A stretch of DNA of 11,907 nucleotides from positions 1-11,907 of the forward strand of contig JAWKRE010000002.1 in NCBI GenBank assembly GCA_041389765.1. Direction: 5' to 3'. Positions 9,028-11,907 of this stretch are shown piece by piece (within the stretch, counting starts at the first letter, position 1; each line of letters starts with the position of its first letter). A program made the translations under genes and the position numbers. The stretch is from Polyangiaceae bacterium. Its GTDB lineage: Bacteria > Myxococcota_A > Polyangia > Polyangiales > Polyangiaceae. The notes under the pieces are model-generated. The model saw only the letters and a list, made by a program, of their open reading frames with translations, was not told the origin of the DNA and ran no database searches.

Positions 9028-9118
9028 GACTCCCGCCTTCGACTCCCGCCTTCGACTCCCGCCTTCGACTCCCGCCTTCGACTCCCGCTGTTGACCCCCG
9101 CCTTCGACTCGCCCCGAA
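9028..9118. repeat. 13-bp tandem repeat gactcccgccttc: 4 perfect copies (9028-9079) plus 3 degenerate copies, intergenic between convergent genes
   Basis: Direct reading shows perfect copies at 9028, 9041, 9054 and 9067. The copies at 9080, 9093 and 9106 carry 3, 1 and several mismatches. The unit length is not a multiple of 3. Confidence 0.9.
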
Positions 9119-9130
9119 CAGGACCGACGC

Positions 9131-10019
9131 TCAGCCTTCGTTGCGGACGCCCTTCTCGCGCGCTGACTGCACGAGGAAGAGCGCCAGCATGTACACATTG
9201 GCGACCGTCAGCCGGAACAGCACATATTCCGCCAGGTACCCTGTGCATGCGCAGACGCCGAGCAGGAGCCCGTGAGTGGAAGGCCTGAGAAACGCCCACC
9301 CCCGCGCCACCGGAGCCAGCGCCCGCCCGTACCGAGACGCCTGCTCCCGGTTGCTGCCGCTCTCCTTCTTCTTCCGCCCCAGCGCCGACTGCACCTGAAG
9401 AAACAGCGCATAGATCCGATAAAAGATCAGGTGAAAGAACGAGGCTCCTCGCCTTCGAGCGCGCGATATCGGCCCGTGTCTCTTCGAGATCATCCCCTCC
9501 GGTAGCTCGACCCTGAGAGCGTCAGATACCGATTCTTGAAATGATCAAACAGCGTCCCTTGCAGAAGGATGCTCAAGAGCCCCCCCACCGCCAGCAGCGC
9601 CCCTTGTCCCCGTGAGTCTCGTGCAGGTGAAGCGCCAGCGTGACCCCTGTCGCCACCCCCACGATGTAATCGCTCATCCCATCCAGGATGCGCCCGAGCC
9701 GCGACGACGTGCCCGGCGCGCGTGCGAGCTGCCCGTCCGCACAATCGAGGATCCCGTAGAGCAGCGTGAGCCCCGACGCGATGTAGATCGAGCGTGCGTC
9801 CGTGAACCGAAAGAGGACCGCCCCCGCCAGCCCGCTCGCAATGCTGAGGACGGTCATGCCGTTCGCGCTCAGCGGTGTGGGGAGCGCCAGCCGCACGAAG
9901 AGATAGGCAGTCGGCCGAAAGAAGTAGAGATCGAACGGAGTCTCGACCTGCCCCGGCTTCAGCGTGGCCCGGAATGACGCGATCTTCGGTTTCGCAGCGT
10001 GGCTATCGGCGGTCACCAT
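9131..10019 (-). pseudogene. CDP-alcohol phosphatidyltransferase family membrane protein; 2 frameshifts (about 9600 and about 9495)
   Basis: The minus-strand piece 9573..10211 contains MVTADSHAAKPKIASFRATLKPGQVETPFDLYFFRPTAYLFVRLALPTPLSANGMTVLSIASGLAGAVLFRF...LLYGILDCADGQLARAPGTSSRLGRILDGMSDYIVGV. This is the D-G-x2-A-R-x8-G-x3-D-x3-D signature. The protein continues in 9490..9744 (ALLAVGGLLSILLQGTLFDHFKNRY) and 9131..9493 (...TGYLAEYVLFRLTVANVYMLALFLVQS...), ending at the stop at 9131. The start is taken as the ATG at 10017-10019. The ORF is open upstream to 10211, so the N-terminus could be longer. Confidence 0.8.
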
Positions 10020-10274
10020 GGACAGGCATCCAGAGGGCTCAGCGGTGCGCCGAGCAGGCCCCACAAAGCGCACACCCCGAGCGCGCCTCTGCCCCGCGAG
10101 GTCCGCCTCGGTCATCCAAGCGTGCGTGCTGGAGAACACCGTCATCACATCATCGACCGACGGAGGCGGCGTATCTTCCAGCGGAGTCCCCGGAAGCGGC
10201 CGGAACACCACCGGCAGCGGGATCGCCCTGTATCCAGCACTGCCCGCACCGCAGACAGCGTATCTTCCAGCGGC

Positions 10275-11129
10275 TCAAGCCCGATGATGATCTGACTTCG
10301 ACACCTGGTTCTCCCCGAGGATCTTCACCGCGTACGCGAGGGCTTGGAGGTAGCGATCCCGCGAGATGGCCGCCTTCCCGGCATCATCTGCCTTCGAACG
10401 TCCTCGTCCCAGATTTCGAGGTTGAGGAGGATGGAATCGAGCCCCGCATCCTTGAGCCGATCGACAGTCGTCCGTATCGGGCGGCGCCATCTCGACGCAG
10501 ACAGGGATGCTCGCGTGCTTCTTCAATTCCGCGATGGCATCGGCCTGTGCCGAGCGCTCTTGTCCGTGAGCCACGTCCCCCGCCGAACGAGATCTCCGCC
10601 GCCGGATTCTCCTCCAGCGCCACCTTCACCACCTCGATGATGGGCTCGATCGCTCGCCACCGCGCCTTCTGGTCGATCTTCATCGCACAGAACTTGCACA
10701 TCTGATCCCCTGCCAGTAATCGCACCCCTGATAAATCGCTGTATACAGCGAAGTGTCACAGTGCGCCGACACCACCATGGACATGGGCGTCCCATCCTGA
10801 GTGGCCCGCGAATACCAGCGAGGCCACGCAAACGGCGTCGCGGTGACAAGCCGCTCCTCCCCTTCGTAGACGACGTAAGTCCCGTCTTCTTTTGCGAGGT
10901 GGAGCGGAGATCGCCGCGCAAACGGTTCGAGGACGGGCGCATTGACGGCAGTGTGCGACTCCCCGTCATGGAGCCGAAAAAACCGCCCTTGCGACAGGCC
11001 CGCCCGCTTGTGCCGATAGTGATTCTCGTCCGTGAGCTCCGCCCATAGCTCGTCCGGCACAAAGAGCCCTTGCGCAAAGATCTTCGCCTTCGCGAGCATC
11101 AGCCTCTCGGTGATGGGCCGGCGTGCCAT
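10275..11129 (-). pseudogene. Radical-SAM-like Fe-S enzyme with about 150-aa N-terminal extension (function unknown); at least 4 frameshifts
   Basis: The N-terminal piece 10680..11294(-) reads MARRPITERLMLAKAKIFAQGLFVPDELWAEL...MSMVVSAHCDTSLYTAIYQGCDYWQG. It runs into 10384..10725(-), DQMCKFCAMKIDQKARWRAIEPIIEVVKVALEENPAAEISFGGG, which has a Cys cluster and a GGE/GGD glycine motif. Then comes ...AIAELKKHASIPVCVE (10275..10574 frame), then TVDRLKDAGLDSILLNLEIWDEDVRRQMMPG (third frame), then KAAISRDRYLQALAYAVKILGENQVSKSDHHRA and the stop at 10275. The pattern (cluster, GGEP-like motif, ...LkdaGld.i.lslE...) fits the radical SAM fold. The family assignment is uncertain. An alternative start is at 11294. 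Confidence 0.5.
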
Positions 11130-11408
11130 GTCCGGCGCCGAGGGGACGGAAGCACCAGCACCCCCGGTGGTCGCCGGCCCCGCCCTGTCCGGACCGAGGG
11201 TCAGAGCAGGATCCAGGACACCGGCCGAGCCGCCCGCCGGAGCAGAACCTTGCCGATCGCCCGCCTGAACGAGAGGAAGTACACGCACCTGCAAGAGCGT
11301 AGGAGCAAACGCACTCCGTCGTCAAACCCCCCCGCGCCTTCCTGTGTGGATCGACCCACTGAACCTGTTAGTCTCGGTGTGCTCCAGCAATCGCCAGGTT
11401 CAACAGTC

Positions 11409-11648
11409 ATGACGGAGAGCGAGCTTCTCGACCGCTTTGGGGTGTCTCCCGCCGAGGCCGATCTCGACGAGATTCGGTCCCTTCTCCACGAGCACGCCGC
11501 CAGGGAACGGGACAGTCAAGGAGAGGGCGACACAGAGGTCATGAAGCTCTGTTGTGTGCAGCTATTCTCTGTCGGATTGCTGGAGGAGGCGGTACTATGG
11601 CGTGGGCGCCCAAGGAACGCCGTAGGCGCCCGCCTTTACCCCGCGTGA
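11409..11648 (+). CDS. Small hypothetical protein (79 aa) in a lower-GC patch
   Basis: ATG at 11409, from ORF track 11070..11648, gives MTESELLDRFGVSPAEADLDEIRSLLHEHAARERDSQGEGDTEVMKLCCVQLFSVGLLEEAVLWRGRPRNAVGARLYPA. The composition is less Ala/Arg/Pro-biased than the GC-frame artefacts around it. Local GC is visibly lower, and codons such as TTG, TGT and TTC are used. Only a weak SD is present. Confidence 0.35.
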   Translation: MTESELLDRFGVSPAEADLDEIRSLLHEHAARERDSQGEGDTEVMKLCCVQLFSVGLLEEAVLWRGRPRNAVGARLYPA

Positions 11649-11797
11649 GGGTGGCAGAGGACACGCCCCGTCGTCAGCTCCGCCACGAGCCACCGACGCA
11701 CGGTGCTTGCCGGCGGCTCGTCTCCCCTCCCGCGCCCCTCCCGCCCCAAGCGCCATCCTGCGCACAGCCCCCATTCCGGCTTGCCAGCGCCCCGTGA
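11597..11797 (+). CDS. Possible overlapping small ORF (66 aa, Arg/Pro-rich) with strong SD GGAGGAGG 7 nt upstream; may be spurious
   Basis: GGAGGAGG at 11582-11589, then ATG at 11597, gives MAWAPKERRRRPPLPRVRVAEDTPRRQ.... It overlaps the previous ORF by 52 nt in another frame. The product is compositionally like GC-driven junk. Confidence 0.2.
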   Translation: MAWAPKERRRRPPLPRVRVAEDTPRRQLRHEPPTHGACRRLVSPPAPLPPQAPSCAQPPFRLASAP

Positions 11798-11816
11798 TTT
11801 GTGAAAGCCTCCCCTC

Positions 11817-11907
11817 ATGGCCTCTTCGCCCCCACCGGGCGAGCCCGCCCATCTCCCGTCCCCCAACCTCGCGGCCCCCGTCGCCAGCCTCCCCACCCCC
11901 CCGGTCG
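11817..11907 (+). CDS. Possible 5' end of a gene running off the window (MASSPPPGEPAHLPSPNLAAPVASLPTPPV...)
   Basis: ATG at 11817 is followed by an open frame to the window end. It is not in the ORF track because no stop is present. The N-terminus is Pro-rich. This is very tentative. Confidence 0.15.
   Translation, partial: MASSPPPGEPAHLPSPNLAAPVASLPTPPV

Noticed and set aside
9028-9118. CRISPR array
   Set aside because: The repeats are directly abutting 13-mers with no spacers. They are far too short for CRISPR repeats, and no cas genes are present.
8911-9299. ORFs on both strands spanning the 13-bp repeat (8911..9198 -, 8946..9275 +, 8952..9299 -)
   Set aside because: Their periodic peptide (PAFDSRLRL... 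/ ESKAGVEGGSRRR...) is simply the translated tandem repeat. The unit is 13 nt, not a multiple of 3, so they are non-coding.
1-11907. rRNA, tRNA, transposase or integrase genes, and inverted repeats of mobile elements
   Set aside because: Nothing resembling conserved rRNA or tRNA sequence, transposase motifs or terminal inverted repeats was seen on either strand.

Overview
The window is very GC-rich (about 70%) bacterial chromosomal DNA. Its gene content is typical of Myxococcota: Hanks-type Ser/Thr kinases, TPR and PEGA domains, SBBP beta-propeller repeats and Cys-rich metal-binding-like repeats. This taxonomic call is an inference from the protein families. I found no rRNA, tRNA, CRISPR array or mobile element.

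Nine protein-coding loci can be supported. All but one lie on the minus strand. In transcription order, from high to low coordinate, the first five are:
- a Cys-rich SBBP-repeat lipoprotein (7225->5275);
- 5 nt later, a receptor-type Ser/Thr kinase (5268->~3453) with a transmembrane helix and a repetitive extracellular tail;
- a TPR/PEGA membrane protein (3463->2362) whose start overlaps the kinase stop;
- a Cys-rich secreted TPR-like protein (2048->1239);
- a second Ser/Thr kinase (994-><1, partial).

Further right:
- a PucI/allantoin-permease-like NCS1 transporter on the plus strand (7395->~9021);
- a convergent CDP-alcohol phosphatidyltransferase (10019->9131, minus);
- a radical-SAM-like Fe-S protein (11129->10275, minus);
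- a lower-GC patch with one or two small plus-strand ORFs (11409..11797).

The outstanding property is that seven of the nine genes can only be read by changing frame repeatedly, while the two left-most genes (1..2048) are perfectly intact. Every shift I resolved at nucleotide level is a 1-nt, or in one case possibly 2-nt, indel in a homopolymer or dinucleotide run. This looks like either homopolymer sequencing error or an unusual burst of slippage-driven decay. All catalytic motifs survive.

Other points of note are a 13-bp tandem repeat (about 7 copies) between the convergent transporter and lipid genes, in-frame coding tandem repeats in two low-complexity linkers, and a cluster of CGCAATGAC motifs plus a 10-bp palindrome at the start of kinase 1. 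Long plus-strand ORFs in the ORF track are mostly antisense artefacts of GC-rich coding DNA.
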